Source: a virus
Taxonomy: Duplodnaviria > Caudoviricetes
DNA: 64,000 nucleotides
Reading direction: 5' to 3' (one strand)
IMG/VR virus record: IMGVR_UViG_3300023174_000047
Coordinates: 32,001-96,000 of that record
Shown: one piece after another, positions 17,497-27,443 of the stretch
Numbering within the stretch: the stretch's first letter is position 1
How the letters are laid out: each line of letters opens with the position of its first letter
Notes under the pieces: generated by a model
Database searches by the model: none
The model's input: the letters and a program-made list of their open reading frames with translations, nothing else
What the model was told of the DNA's origin: nothing
Program-made: the position numbers and the translations under genes

Positions 17497-19977
17497 TTAC
17501 TGACAGCTACTGCAATCTGGGTTATCGATCATGCATGCCTTGATGGTGCCTGCGTCGTCTCCAATGGAGCTAACGATTGGCACAACAGCTTTAGAGGTTG
17601 TTACAGATGCCTTCTCAATGTCACTTGCACCACGGTTTCTCAAGTAATAAGTAGTCTTGAGCCCCAGCTCCCAAGCAAGCATATATACATCATTGAGGTA
17701 TTTGAGACTTGTTTTATCGTTGAACAAATTCACAGACATGGCCTGATCAATCCATTTGCCGCGAGCTGCTGCTGCTCTTAGCAACTGAAACTGATCAATC
17801 TGAAATGCTGTCTTGTATTTTGCTTGCAAGTATGCTTTGTGTTCTGCAGGAATATTAAGCTGCATAACATCACCATTCACACGTTTCACTTCATTGAGCA
17901 TGTTGTGATTCCACAGACCAAGCTGCTTGAGGTCATTGACAAACGGCTCACATATAACTGTAAAATCACCGCTGAGAGTAGAGTATACATAGATGTTATT
18001 GTATAGCGGTTCTGTGGTTGGACTGCACCCAACAATGCTGCTGATGGTTGCGGTTGGTGCAATTGCCATGGTGTTGCTATTACGCATACCGTTTTCCTTC
18101 ACAAGTTCTCTCACTTCCTTCCACTCTGCAAGATTCTCAGCTGCAACGTCAATGTGACCACGCTTGCTAGCAAGTTTGTTGTACGTATCAATGGGGAAGA
18201 TGCCTTGATCCCAGAGCGATCCTTTGTATGAAGAATATGCACCACGTTCTTTAGCAAGCAGTGCGCTTGCTTTGATGGTATGTAGTGAGATGAATTCATA
18301 AATTTCATCACCCAGCTTCACAGCTGCATCACTATCATAATTGACATCCATTGCGAATAGTAGATCATGCCATCCCATGCTGCCCATGCCAACGGGACGA
18401 TGCTTGGTGTTAGAGATTTTAGCCTCCTGAGTAGGATAGAAATTAATATCAATAACATTGTCAAGCATACGTGCTGCAGTTGTAATGGTATCTGCAAGCA
18501 GCGGCCAGTCAATTTCAACCTTGCCGTCAACAATTTTTGTATGTATACCGACATTTAGCGATCCAAGGTTACACACAGCTGTTTCACCGTATTCCTTAAT
18601 TTGCCGGTCATTATTGCGTTCAAAAGTAGTAGGAATATTATGCAAAATAACTTCGGTGCAAAGATTGCTGCTATGCACAACACCTACATGCTGATTTGAA
18701 TATCTAAGATTGCTTGGATCTTTGAATGTAACCCATGGGTGACCGGTTTCAAACAACATCTTGAGCATGAGCTTCCAAAGCTCTTTAGCAGATACCTCTT
18801 TAAACAGTCGCATTTCTCCACGCTTACCTTTTTCAACATACTCCCAATATTTTTGATCAAAAGCTTCACCCCACAATTCGTGCAGTTCTGGTGCTTCATC
18901 TGGACTCATGAGATACCATGCACCATCATTGCGGACCTGATTCATAAACAAGTCAGGAATCCAGTTGGCTGTATTCAAGTCGTGGCAGCGACGACGATCA
19001 TCTCCTGTATTCTTCTTGAGTTCCAGAAAATCATATATGTCATAGTGCCATGTTTCAAGATAGCCACACCCTGCGCCGCGTCGCTTGCCGCTCTGATTGA
19101 TGGCTACAAGCATATCATTGAACATCTTCCAGATGTATACAGATCCTTGTGTCTTGCCTCCAGTTGAAGAAATAGTAGCATTACCTGCACGGAACGGTGT
19201 GAAGTCCATGCCTAATCCACCAGCAAATTTACTCTTCTGAGCTTCTTGGTGCAACCCATCGAAAATACCTTCAAGTGAATCCTCAAAGGTGTTCAAGAAA
19301 CAGCTGCTCAATTGATTGCGAACACCTCCTGCATTAAACAACGTTGGTGTACTGGTCATGTAACGGAAAGTACTAAGCACTTCATAAAAACGAATTGCCC
19401 AGTCTGTACGAGCTTCTGGATGCTCTGCAAGCGCAAGCCCCATGGCGACTCGCATGAGCCATGACTGCGGTGCTTCAACAATCTCATCATTAATGCGGTA
19501 AAAATAGCGGTCATTGACAGTCTGCAAGCCAATGTATGGAAACAAATAATCTCTATCAAGCTTGAGCGCGTTGCTCAGGCGCTTCAAATCATACTTGAGA
19601 AGTTCTTTATTGACAATGCCTGCCTTGGAAAGCTTCTTGAGATTAGTAATGAACGATTTGCGATATTGCAAATCAAATGCATCGCTATCCACCCCCTCGC
19701 TAAACACTTGTTTATACAAAGCCTGCAACAACAAGCGCGCAGCAACAAACCGGTATTGCGGCTCCTGCTCAATTAAAGCGCGTGCTGATTTGATCAGAGA
19801 TTCATCAATGGCATCAGTAGGAATGCCATCGTATAACTTGAGCGTTGCATTATAAACAACTTGCTTATAATCAGTTGATTCAAGCCCTTTGCAGGCTCTT
19901 TTCGCACAGTTATGAATTTTCTTCTCATTAAACTCTTCTTCTTTACCGGAGCGTTTCTTAACTTTCATAGAACTCAT
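17497..19977 (-). CDS. nrdA: Ribonucleotide reductase class Ia alpha subunit with ATP cone
   Basis: N-terminal VKKRSG ATP cone, TPTLFNAG, LSSCF, SNLCTE, VCNLGS, MAIAPTATIS, GLKTTYYLR and C-terminal CxxC. Confidence 0.98.
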   Translation of the reverse strand: MSSMKVKKRSGKEEEFNEKKIHNCAKRACKGLESTDYKQVVYNATLKLYDGIPTDAIDESLIKSARALIEQEPQYRFVAARLLLQALYKQVFSEGVDSDAFDLQYRKSFITNLKKLSKAGIVNKELLKYDLKRLSNALKLDRDYLFPYIGLQTVNDRYFYRINDEIVEAPQSWLMRVAMGLALAEHPEARTDWAIRFYEVLSTFRYMTSTPTLFNAGGVRNQLSSCFLNTFEDSLEGIFDGLHQEAQKSKFAGGLGMDFTPFRAGNATISSTGGKTQGSVYIWKMFNDMLVAINQSGKRRGAGCGYLETWHYDIYDFLELKKNTGDDRRRCHDLNTANWIPDLFMNQVRNDGAWYLMSPDEAPELHELWGEAFDQKYWEYVEKGKRGEMRLFKEVSAKELWKLMLKMLFETGHPWVTFKDPSNLRYSNQHVGVVHSSNLCTEVILHNIPTTFERNNDRQIKEYGETAVCNLGSLNVGIHTKIVDGKVEIDWPLLADTITTAARMLDNVIDINFYPTQEAKISNTKHRPVGMGSMGWHDLLFAMDVNYDSDAAVKLGDEIYEFISLHTIKASALLAKERGAYSSYKGSLWDQGIFPIDTYNKLASKRGHIDVAAENLAEWKEVRELVKENGMRNSNTMAIAPTATISSIVGCSPTTEPLYNNIYVYSTLSGDFTVICEPFVNDLKQLGLWNHNMLNEVKRVNGDVMQLNIPAEHKAYLQAKYKTAFQIDQFQLLRAAAARGKWIDQAMSVNLFNDKTSLKYLNDVYMLAWELGLKTTYYLRNRGASDIEKASVTTSKAVVPIVSSIGDDAGTIKACMIDNPDCSSCQ

Positions 19978-20006
19978 ATATCAATATAACCTGCTAAATT
20001 GTAAAA

Positions 20007-20237
20007 TCAATTGTAAATTGGCATTGAATTCACCATTTCAAAATTAGGTAATTTATAAACTTTGAGGTATTTACCTGTAGCAGAAACTTTTACAATTAAT
20101 GTAAGTACATTACCAGCGCAGACACAAGATAGAATTTCATCACCCATTTCTCGTGATACAACCACCACACCCGTGAGTGCATTAAAAACTTTTACTATGC
20201 TGCCTTGTGAGAAGGCGGTGTATTGTGTATTATCCAT
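20007..20237 (-). CDS. Hypothetical protein
   Basis: 76 aa ORF overlapping the upstream gene stop. Confidence 0.55.
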   Translation of the reverse strand: MDNTQYTAFSQGSIVKVFNALTGVVVVSREMGDEILSCVCAGNVLTLIVKVSATGKYLKVYKLPNFEMVNSMPIYN

Positions 20238-20601
20238 TGTATTTTTTTAGTTTATCTATAAAGTCGCGTATATGCGGCTGTACTGCAATATTTACTGACT
20301 CTACAGGCTGGCTTATGTTGAAATTTTCTGAATCTTTCTCCTGAACAATGCTTTTGATTTGTTCATCAGTCATGTTCAATTTAATGTTTGATGCACCTAA
20401 TACGCCTTGTACTTCATGAATTGTATACCCTCGTTTGAGCATGCTCTTTGCCTGTTTGCAGATATATTTTTGATGCAGCATTTCTTCGCTACCATACTCA
20501 TTTACTTTTCTTTCGAGGTATTCTTTAGTGAATGGCGTCGTTTTTCCTGTGATGATGCACACAACTTGTGTGGTTTTTTTCTGTTTTTGAGTGTCGGCCA
20601 T
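20230..20601 (-). CDS. Hypothetical protein
   Basis: 123 aa ORF with CIITGK and YICKQAK. Confidence 0.6.
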   Translation of the reverse strand: MADTQKQKKTTQVVCIITGKTTPFTKEYLERKVNEYGSEEMLHQKYICKQAKSMLKRGYTIHEVQGVLGASNIKLNMTDEQIKSIVQEKDSENFNISQPVESVNIAVQPHIRDFIDKLKKYNG

Positions 20602-20777
20602 TTTAAAATATTTTCTTCTGGAGCACCATATCCCTCATTGCCCTTGAATCCCTGACGAGGTGCTCTAGTAATGGTACTTATTGAGTTAGCTTGATTAAAC
20701 AATGGTCCCTTGCCGGTTCTAGCATATTCTGAGTCATTCATGTAATATGTTTCAAAAAATGTAGCAAAATCGAGCAT
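20502..20777 (-). CDS. Hypothetical late protein
   Basis: Start MLDFATFFE after CATAAATA; 3' part overlaps the next ORF, so the end is uncertain. Confidence 0.45.
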   Translation of the reverse strand: MLDFATFFETYYMNDSEYARTGKGPLFNQANSISTITRAPRQGFKGNEGYGAPEENILKWPTLKNRKKPHKLCASSQEKRRHSLKNTSKEK

Positions 20778-20785
20778 ACATTTAT

Positions 20786-21253
20786 TTATGCTTCCCATGG
20801 ATATCTAACCCATTGTGAGTTTTCTACAGCAAATATATCAGGCACATAATATGAATCATGTGCCCGGTGCAGCGTTGCGAAAATATGATTGCTGCAGTTG
20901 CTGTTATTTTTGAGATACTCTTTGATGCAGGAAATTGTTCGACCTGTATCACAAATATCATCTACAATCAAAACATTTCTGCTATCTACAAAGTCAGCAA
21001 GTTCTTTACCTATGTCATTGTAGAATTCAATGGTATCTGTTTGCTTCATATTCTCATAAGTTTTTATACCAATGATTCTCATTGGTATATTTAAATTATG
21101 CGCTAGCCACACTGCAGGCACTACACCGCCTCGCAGCAATCCGATGATGCAGTTAAATGATAAATTATTATCTGCTTCATACTGTTTAATTTTGCTTTGT
21201 AGTGAGTTGCAGAGATCATCAAATTCATGCCAGCTAAGATAATGTTTATCCAT
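20786..21253 (-). CDS. Type I purine phosphoribosyltransferase (Gpt/Hpt-like)
   Basis: IIGLLRGGVVPA, PRPP loop VLIVDDICDTGRT and WVRYPWE. Likely start MDKHYLSW. Confidence 0.9.
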   Translation of the reverse strand: MDKHYLSWHEFDDLCNSLQSKIKQYEADNNLSFNCIIGLLRGGVVPAVWLAHNLNIPMRIIGIKTYENMKQTDTIEFYNDIGKELADFVDSRNVLIVDDICDTGRTISCIKEYLKNNSNCSNHIFATLHRAHDSYYVPDIFAVENSQWVRYPWEA

Positions 21254-21286
21254 GACTAAATATATACAACCACACCACTTCTCAAC

Positions 21287-21598
21287 ATGAATAATACTGA
21301 TTTTAGATGCATCCTTGAAAATTATTACCGTAACATAGAAACTATGCAGCCTGCAAGTCAGCGCTTCAAGGCAGAATATGACAGGCGCAACAGTACACCT
21401 GAGTGGAGTGGAATGACTGATCCCTCCAAGGGACCTCAAATGCTAACACCATCTGTAGATGAAGAGAATGTTGGTGGTCGAGATAAAATGAGCAAAATAA
21501 AAGCGCTCATTGAAATAGAAATTCAACGAGCGCCTAAAAAAATGACTTATGCTATTAGAGTTTTGAAGAAGTTGCTGAATCAGATGGAGAGTCTGTAG
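21287..21598 (+). CDS. Hypothetical protein
   Basis: 103 aa ORF divergent from the PRT gene. Confidence 0.55.
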   Translation: MNNTDFRCILENYYRNIETMQPASQRFKAEYDRRNSTPEWSGMTDPSKGPQMLTPSVDEENVGGRDKMSKIKALIEIEIQRAPKKMTYAIRVLKKLLNQMESL

Positions 21599-21905
21599 GT
21601 GTTTGCTTCTTGCTCATGAGATAAACATCAATTGCTTGAATCATCTGCACCAAACTATCAGCGGACCAGCATACTGCTGCGCTTATAAATGGTAAAGCAA
21701 GATATTTTATATGCAATGCCCATTCACTTAATGCAACAAAAGGAATGTGCAGCACACCAGCCCAGAAACCCAAACACAGGGAGCACTTGAATAAATCTTG
21801 CAAGAGCTCGTTATCTTCTGTGACACGAGCTCTATAATCCTTTAAAATACTACCGTATTTAAGAATAAAGGTAAAACCAATGCAACTAGCCAAGTAGTAA
21901 CTCAT
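21555..21905 (-). CDS. Small membrane protein (DUF1360-like)
   Basis: Hydrophobic segments and LFKCSLCLGFWAG. Confidence 0.65.
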   Translation of the reverse strand: MSYYLASCIGFTFILKYGSILKDYRARVTEDNELLQDLFKCSLCLGFWAGVLHIPFVALSEWALHIKYLALPFISAAVCWSADSLVQMIQAIDVYLMSKKQTPTDSPSDSATSSKL

Positions 21906-22098
21906 TATTTGTACCTTCTAAAACTTTTACTGCATCAGCAATGAGTTTTGCTTGTTCGAGTTTCATGACTACTTTATTGCCATCATCATCTACAATCTCA
22001 ACCTTGGTTTGATCTATTTTGGTTACAACCGGACAATTGTTGCCACCACAGCAGAGCTGCAAACCACCATCATTTGTTTTTTTAAGATAACTATTCAT
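21886..22098 (-). CDS. Hypothetical protein
   Basis: 70 aa with LCCGGNNCPVV; overlaps both neighbours. Confidence 0.6.
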   Translation of the reverse strand: MNSYLKKTNDGGLQLCCGGNNCPVVTKIDQTKVEIVDDDGNKVVMKLEQAKLIADAVKVLEGTNNELLLG

Positions 22099-23717
22099 AC
22101 AAATCGTTTCAAGAAGTATTTAGGCAGTTTATTAGCGTTATCAAGAATGCTCTGAACAATATTACCGTCTAAAATGTATGTAACGCAGTGATCATCTTTG
22201 CTGCGAACACCTCGCCCAGTAGCTTGTATCACAGTTGTAAGCATTTTATTAGCATACCACTGTGAATCCATGCTAAAAAGCTTCTTGATTCGTTTGCTGC
22301 TGAGCGGTAGAAATGGTGCTTTGACAATGATTTGAAATCTAGCCAAATCATCTTTTAAATCAACACCATGTGTCATGCTGGGACTCACAATCACGGTATC
22401 ATTATCACCCTGCAAATGCATTTGCAGAATTTGCTCATTATCAACACCGCTTTCACGCACTAGATATCTACTGCCACGAAGGTTTTCTTTCATGTAATTC
22501 GTGATGTTCATGTTGTGCGTATGAATAATGCCTTTTTCACCTTTGTGTTTGTTTACAATTTCATCAATGATTTTTCTGAAGACCGGCATTAGTTTTTCCC
22601 AGTTGCCATTATTCATCTTGTATTTGCTTGATACAATGATGGGCGCCTTTTGAGGATCAAAAGTGCTCGGCATCTCAACATATGCATAGTCTTCAATGCC
22701 CAGACTCTTAGCAAAATTTACTGGATCAATGATGGTTGCAGACATGAGAATAACTTTCTGCGCATTATCGAACAATTGATGTGATAGTTTATCCACCTTG
22801 AGCGGACTAATAACAATTCCTGTTTTTGTTTTTTCGGCAATGTACTCACACTTTCCCCAATTTTCTAGCACAGTTTTAATTTGACCGTGCATGTTTTTTG
22901 CTGCAAGCATTTTTGTAACTTCACTTTGAGCTGCTTTTTTCTTCTTGCTTGTAACTTTGCGCTCCAACTCACTGATAACATCTGTAAGATTTGTTACAAT
23001 GTTTGTAAGATGTACTCGTACTGAACTGAGATTTTCTACATCTACAACACCATCAAAACTAGGAAGCAAATATTGCAAGGATTTAGTCTTGATGTCCACG
23101 GAATAACTCTTGACAAGTTCATCTTCAAGCTCCGCAGCTTCATCACACACTAAAAATTGCTTTTGTTTTACATGATCCGGCAAGCACATGTACATTTTGT
23201 AGTTGTATACTCCAAATTTTGACAAAATGCTTTCATTACGCGCATTGTAATATAAGCACTTGTCACATGACCAGCAATCTTGTTTAATTTTATCAATGAT
23301 GATGCATGGTGCAGTATCTACACTATGATCTTCGTCAACTTTACATACATAATTGTTCTTACCTTTGAGAATCTTTGAATCGTCAAACAATCTCTCATAC
23401 TGGTCTTGTAAAGATTTTGTCACAGTTAAAACTGCACCACCAAATGCAGGCATACTAGTGCATTCATCTGCATGTGTATATTCTCCTGATTCTTTTGCAT
23501 ACACATCATAACTTTTTACTAATTGCTTGAACCGTTCCGATGCATCATTACTAGCATTGCAGACTGTTTTTGCAATCATACTCTTACCACTACCAGTCGG
23601 TGTACAGCAAATAACAAACTTATGTTTATTAAGTGCAACAGAAATTTCACCAAGCACTTTAGCCTGTGATTCTGTAGGTGTGAATGGTTTAGGGAAGTGT
23701 CTGTCAATATCAATCAT
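22095..23717 (-). CDS. DinG/YoaA-like SF2 DNA helicase
   Basis: PTGSGKS, LKGKNNYVC Fe-S region, VCDEAAELE, ILMSAT, SPSMTHGVD, QATGRGVRSKDD. Confidence 0.9.
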   Translation of the reverse strand: MIDIDRHFPKPFTPTESQAKVLGEISVALNKHKFVICCTPTGSGKSMIAKTVCNASNDASERFKQLVKSYDVYAKESGEYTHADECTSMPAFGGAVLTVTKSLQDQYERLFDDSKILKGKNNYVCKVDEDHSVDTAPCIIIDKIKQDCWSCDKCLYYNARNESILSKFGVYNYKMYMCLPDHVKQKQFLVCDEAAELEDELVKSYSVDIKTKSLQYLLPSFDGVVDVENLSSVRVHLTNIVTNLTDVISELERKVTSKKKKAAQSEVTKMLAAKNMHGQIKTVLENWGKCEYIAEKTKTGIVISPLKVDKLSHQLFDNAQKVILMSATIIDPVNFAKSLGIEDYAYVEMPSTFDPQKAPIIVSSKYKMNNGNWEKLMPVFRKIIDEIVNKHKGEKGIIHTHNMNITNYMKENLRGSRYLVRESGVDNEQILQMHLQGDNDTVIVSPSMTHGVDLKDDLARFQIIVKAPFLPLSSKRIKKLFSMDSQWYANKMLTTVIQATGRGVRSKDDHCVTYILDGNIVQSILDNANKLPKYFLKRFV

Positions 23718-23732
23718 TTTTCAATTATACAA

Positions 23733-24077
23733 TCAGTTTATCTTTTTGCAATGCATAATTATATTAAAAAATCTAGTATTTTTCTTCTTTGAAACAGTTC
23801 TGAGCTTTAAGAGAATGTCTTTGTTGCCGCGGCACAAAGTATTGTGGGTATAGTCTAATGTAATTGTATCAGCAGTGTTTTTTGAAATACCAAACGGCAT
23901 GGGTATTATAAATTGTTTATTGTCGCCGCTGTCAGTCTGCAAAATAAAGAATACATGAAAATCTTTGATGGCAATGAGAATTAATTTGCCTTTTTTAATT
24001 GACTTGCCGTTTATGTCAAAGCTTATTTTACTCTGCAAAAACGAACCAAAAGTTTTTTCAATATATTCTGTAATCAT
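23733..24077 (-). CDS. Hypothetical protein
   Basis: 114 aa co-oriented ORF. Confidence 0.6.
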   Translation of the reverse strand: MITEYIEKTFGSFLQSKISFDINGKSIKKGKLILIAIKDFHVFFILQTDSGDNKQFIIPMPFGISKNTADTITLDYTHNTLCRGNKDILLKLRTVSKKKNTRFFNIIMHCKKIN

Positions 24078-24451
24078 GCTGTCATATATGCTATTTTTTG
24101 TTGAGTTGACATTATAAATATCTCTTCATTAAAAAAATTCCAGAATTCATCCGCAGGTGGAAAAGTTCTAATAATATCACAGTCATCCAAACTTATGATT
24201 CTAAAATCCTGCATAATTATATCCCATGTGATGATGAGATTTTTTGCTGCAGCGTTAAATGCAGGAGCTTTAGATGGCGTTCTATAATTTAAAACAATGC
24301 GCCCATTCGGTGATGTAAGTAATGCACTGTTGTTAGTGCATAGCATTCTGCGCACCGGCCCAACTCCAGGAATTTGTCTGCGACGTAAGAAGCGAACATC
24401 AACAACGTTGTTGAGTAAACTTTGATATAGATTAGCATACGTCGCAGGCAT
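24074..24451 (-). CDS. SH3/WYL-like beta-barrel protein (DUF2693-like)
   Basis: VVDVRF...RRMLCT...ITWDIIMQDFR pattern. Confidence 0.55.
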   Translation of the reverse strand: MPATYANLYQSLLNNVVDVRFLRRRQIPGVGPVRRMLCTNNSALLTSPNGRIVLNYRTPSKAPAFNAAAKNLIITWDIIMQDFRIISLDDCDIIRTFPPADEFWNFFNEEIFIMSTQQKIAYMTA

Positions 24452-24453
24452 AA

Positions 24454-24861
24454 TTAAACTTCTGTCTTAGGCTCACATTTGCCAAACAAGCGCTGCTCAT
24501 TTAAAAACATACCACTTTTAACTGTGCCATATCCTTTAATATCAATGCCAGATATAGTTACACCTTTGTCATTTGGAAACATAACAATGTCACCAGGTTT
24601 TGTATTTTTTACTTCTGTGCCTACTAGTACAACTCTAGCTTTGCGCCATGCTTTTGTAACTGCATTGGTCTGAATAAAAATGGAACCACGTTTAATAAAT
24701 TCACCATCTTCTGATAAATCTGTAAATTCAACCAAAATAATGTCACCATAGACTTGCGACAAAACAAAGTCATCCAACCCGAAGTTTCCTTCTGAGTGGG
24801 ATGACATGTCGATGAGGCTGCGTGTAGGTGTTAACTGATTAATGTCTGCTGGCATATGCAC
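24454..24861 (-). CDS. groES: GroES-like co-chaperonin (functional analogue of T4 gp31)
   Basis: DIILVEF, GSIFI mobile loop, ARVVLVG and KPGDIVMF. Confidence 0.75.
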   Translation of the reverse strand: MHMPADINQLTPTRSLIDMSSHSEGNFGLDDFVLSQVYGDIILVEFTDLSEDGEFIKRGSIFIQTNAVTKAWRKARVVLVGTEVKNTKPGDIVMFPNDKGVTISGIDIKGYGTVKSGMFLNEQRLFGKCEPKTEV

Positions 24862-24864
24862 TAT

Positions 24865-25239
24865 TTACATAATAGCATCATTTTGCAACTCTCTAAGTTG
24901 TTTGATGCTCATGAAATTTGCATGTGCAAGCATTTTTTCCTGTTCTAATTCTTCTGTTTTAGTTGGCTTTTTATTCTTTGCAGCTTTTTTAATATAGTTA
25001 ATTTTCTTGAATTTACTTTTACTAATTAAATGAAATAGAAAATCATACTGCTGTTGCTTTGTATCGAAGATATCCCACCACTGATTTGTGGTGGAGTTAA
25101 TGAGCGCAGCAACGTCGGGTGAATACATGCTTAGCCATCTATTTACCATGTATAAATTGAATTCTTTCTCACTCTCTGTATCAAGTTCAATCCTCTGCTT
25201 GGTTGTTAATATGGAAGAGAGTATATTAAAGATGGTCAT
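24865..25239 (-). CDS. gp62: Clamp loader small subunit
   Basis: FNLYMVNRWLSMY...QYDFLFHLI..K..KINYIKK pattern. Confidence 0.75.
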   Translation of the reverse strand: MTIFNILSSILTTKQRIELDTESEKEFNLYMVNRWLSMYSPDVAALINSTTNQWWDIFDTKQQQYDFLFHLISKSKFKKINYIKKAAKNKKPTKTEELEQEKMLAHANFMSIKQLRELQNDAIM

Positions 25240-25838
25240 GCAATTACCTTTGTAGTAGCAACAAAGATGCTATTGGTCATTGAATGAAAGGCTTCAATTC
25301 CTTTAGCCATAAACATGTTGCACTGCTCCGGTGTCATGTTAGTAGAATACGCAAAGCCAGGTGCCTTGGGACCCGCATCCACATTGATTCCTGTATGACC
25401 GAGAGCCGCACCATTCTTTGTATATGTAATACTCACAGAACACTTTCCCTTGCTGTGCATCTCTCCATCACTACCTTTAAATTCATTATGAACAAGCAAA
25501 TCATCACCACTTACTTCAATGGGCTTCTGAATGATGTTAAATAGAATGTTAGCAAGTTGTGTATTAAACAGACGCTGGAAAGCTACTGCACCAAATGCTT
25601 CAAGATTAGGAATTTCCCAACAGAAATTAATTGCATCTTTGCTATAGATGAAGTCATTGCTGAGTACGTCTTCTAAATCAATCATGCCAGATGCTTCAAC
25701 ATGCATGGGAGCACGAAAAGCTACAATGTTGCCTTGAGGTAGTACATTATCACGCAATAGCTTATATGCAAATCTTGAATGAATGAGATGCCCATCATAT
25801 ACATGCTGATCATCGCGAATGAGAAGGTTATAATTCAT
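25236..25838 (-). CDS. DUF366-like protein (biotin/lipoate-ligase fold)
   Basis: YDGHLIHSRFAY, GNIVAFRAPM, MIDLEDV, INFCWEIP, FQRLF, GDDLLV, KCSVSI and GHTGINV. Confidence 0.7.
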   Translation of the reverse strand: MNYNLLIRDDQHVYDGHLIHSRFAYKLLRDNVLPQGNIVAFRAPMHVEASGMIDLEDVLSNDFIYSKDAINFCWEIPNLEAFGAVAFQRLFNTQLANILFNIIQKPIEVSGDDLLVHNEFKGSDGEMHSKGKCSVSITYTKNGAALGHTGINVDAGPKAPGFAYSTNMTPEQCNMFMAKGIEAFHSMTNSIFVATTKVIA

Positions 25839-25857
25839 CTGTTAAGATAAAGTATTG

Positions 25858-26853
25858 TTATTGTTTTTCAACTTGTTCTTTAATCCAATTATATGTCTTT
25901 TCCAGGCCTTTAGCAAGTGGGTAGTCTGGCCTCCATTGAAGTTTTTCATTAATGAGGCTGTTGTCAGAGGTTCTACCTCTCACACCAGTAGGCCCCTCAA
26001 TGTGACATTTTTTGAGCTGCTTTCCTTCAACTGCACATGCATAGTCAGCCAATTGATTGATAGTAACCATTTCTTCTGAACCAATATTCACAGGACCGGA
26101 GAATTCTGATTGCATCAAGCGACGAATACCTTCAATGCATTCGTCAATATAAAGGAAGGAGCGGGTTTGATTGCCATCACCCCAAATTTCAATTTCATCA
26201 GTTGCATTAATAACTTTGCGACAAATAGCAGCAGGTGCTTTTTCTTTGCCGCCTTGCCATGTTCCAAGTGGGCCAAAAATGTTGTGAAAGCGTGCAATGC
26301 GAACATTCAATCCATAATTGCGTTGATATGCAAGATACAGTCTCTCACTAAACAATTTTTCCCAACCATATTCAGAGTCTGGAGCTGCAGGATAAGCACT
26401 TGCTTCAGTGCAGTTAGGATTAGTAGGATCTTCTTGATTGTATGCAGGATACATGCATGCAGAGGAAGAATAGAAAACCTTCTGTGCACCCTTTTTAACA
26501 CACTCTTCTGCTACATTGAGGTTAATGGTTGCAGAATTATGCATTACATTTGCATCATTTTCTCCTGTAAAAATATATCCTGCTCCACCCATGTCTGCAG
26601 CAAGTTGATATACTTCATTAAAGCCTCCATCTCTAGCTGTTGTTTGATTAGGTGACCACATTGCAAGAGATACAAACATGGTATCTCTGAGATCCCCAAT
26701 CATGAATTCATCTGCATTGCTTTTGTCTTGATATTCAGGGTATTTGAGATCAACGCCCCTTACCCAATAACCTTCTGATTTCAGTTTATTGACAAGATGA
26801 TTACCAATAAAACCACCTGCTCCCAATACTAGTGCTGTTTTTTTAAAACTCAT
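25858..26853 (-). CDS. GDP-mannose 3,5-epimerase-like extended SDR
   Basis: GAGGFIG, QLAADMGGAG, YSSSACMYP, YGWEKLFSE and GGKEKAPAAICRK. Confidence 0.9.
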   Translation of the reverse strand: MSFKKTALVLGAGGFIGNHLVNKLKSEGYWVRGVDLKYPEYQDKSNADEFMIGDLRDTMFVSLAMWSPNQTTARDGGFNEVYQLAADMGGAGYIFTGENDANVMHNSATINLNVAEECVKKGAQKVFYSSSACMYPAYNQEDPTNPNCTEASAYPAAPDSEYGWEKLFSERLYLAYQRNYGLNVRIARFHNIFGPLGTWQGGKEKAPAAICRKVINATDEIEIWGDGNQTRSFLYIDECIEGIRRLMQSEFSGPVNIGSEEMVTINQLADYACAVEGKQLKKCHIEGPTGVRGRTSDNSLINEKLQWRPDYPLAKGLEKTYNWIKEQVEKQ

Positions 26854-26903
26854 ACTGTATGTATAGTATTAATTTTGTTTTTCAACACTGTATGTAAGAG
26901 GTA

Positions 26904-27443
26904 TTATTTTATAGCTCTAATATTGAGGCTCATAAGTTTACCATTTTGCTTGTCGAGATGTGGAATATATGATTGGCTAAAATCATCAATGTGTGCATGA
27001 TCTGTTTGCTTCCAATCATATAGCTGCACATCCTTAAAACCGATTTCGTTTAAATCTCTTCTCATATGTGAGAAATCCCAGCACCAGTGGTGAAAATTTT
27101 CATTATAATCTTGCCCACCATATAACATGCCACGTATAGCATCTAAACTACCTGTTGTGCGGTAATAATCAACAATGGATTCAAAATCAGGTACTGCAAT
27201 TCTCAAAATACCACCCGGTTTTAAAATATCATACCATCTTGCAAGAACAGTTTTGTATTCCCATCTAGAAAAATGTTCTAATACATGAGATGCATAAATT
27301 ACATCAACTGTTGCAGGCTTGTAACTCCGTAAAAATTTAATGTTATCAACTACGTCAACACCTGGTAAATATCTAACATCGATATTTATATACCCGTCAA
27401 TATGCTTGTTGCCACATCCAAGGTGTAATTTTACTTTATTCAT
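26904..27443 (-). CDS. SAM-dependent methyltransferase (type 11-like)
   Basis: KLHLGCG, HVLEHF and LKPGGILRIAVPD. Confidence 0.88.
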   Translation of the reverse strand: MNKVKLHLGCGNKHIDGYINIDVRYLPGVDVVDNIKFLRSYKPATVDVIYASHVLEHFSRWEYKTVLARWYDILKPGGILRIAVPDFESIVDYYRTTGSLDAIRGMLYGGQDYNENFHHWCWDFSHMRRDLNEIGFKDVQLYDWKQTDHAHIDDFSQSYIPHLDKQNGKLMSLNIRAIK

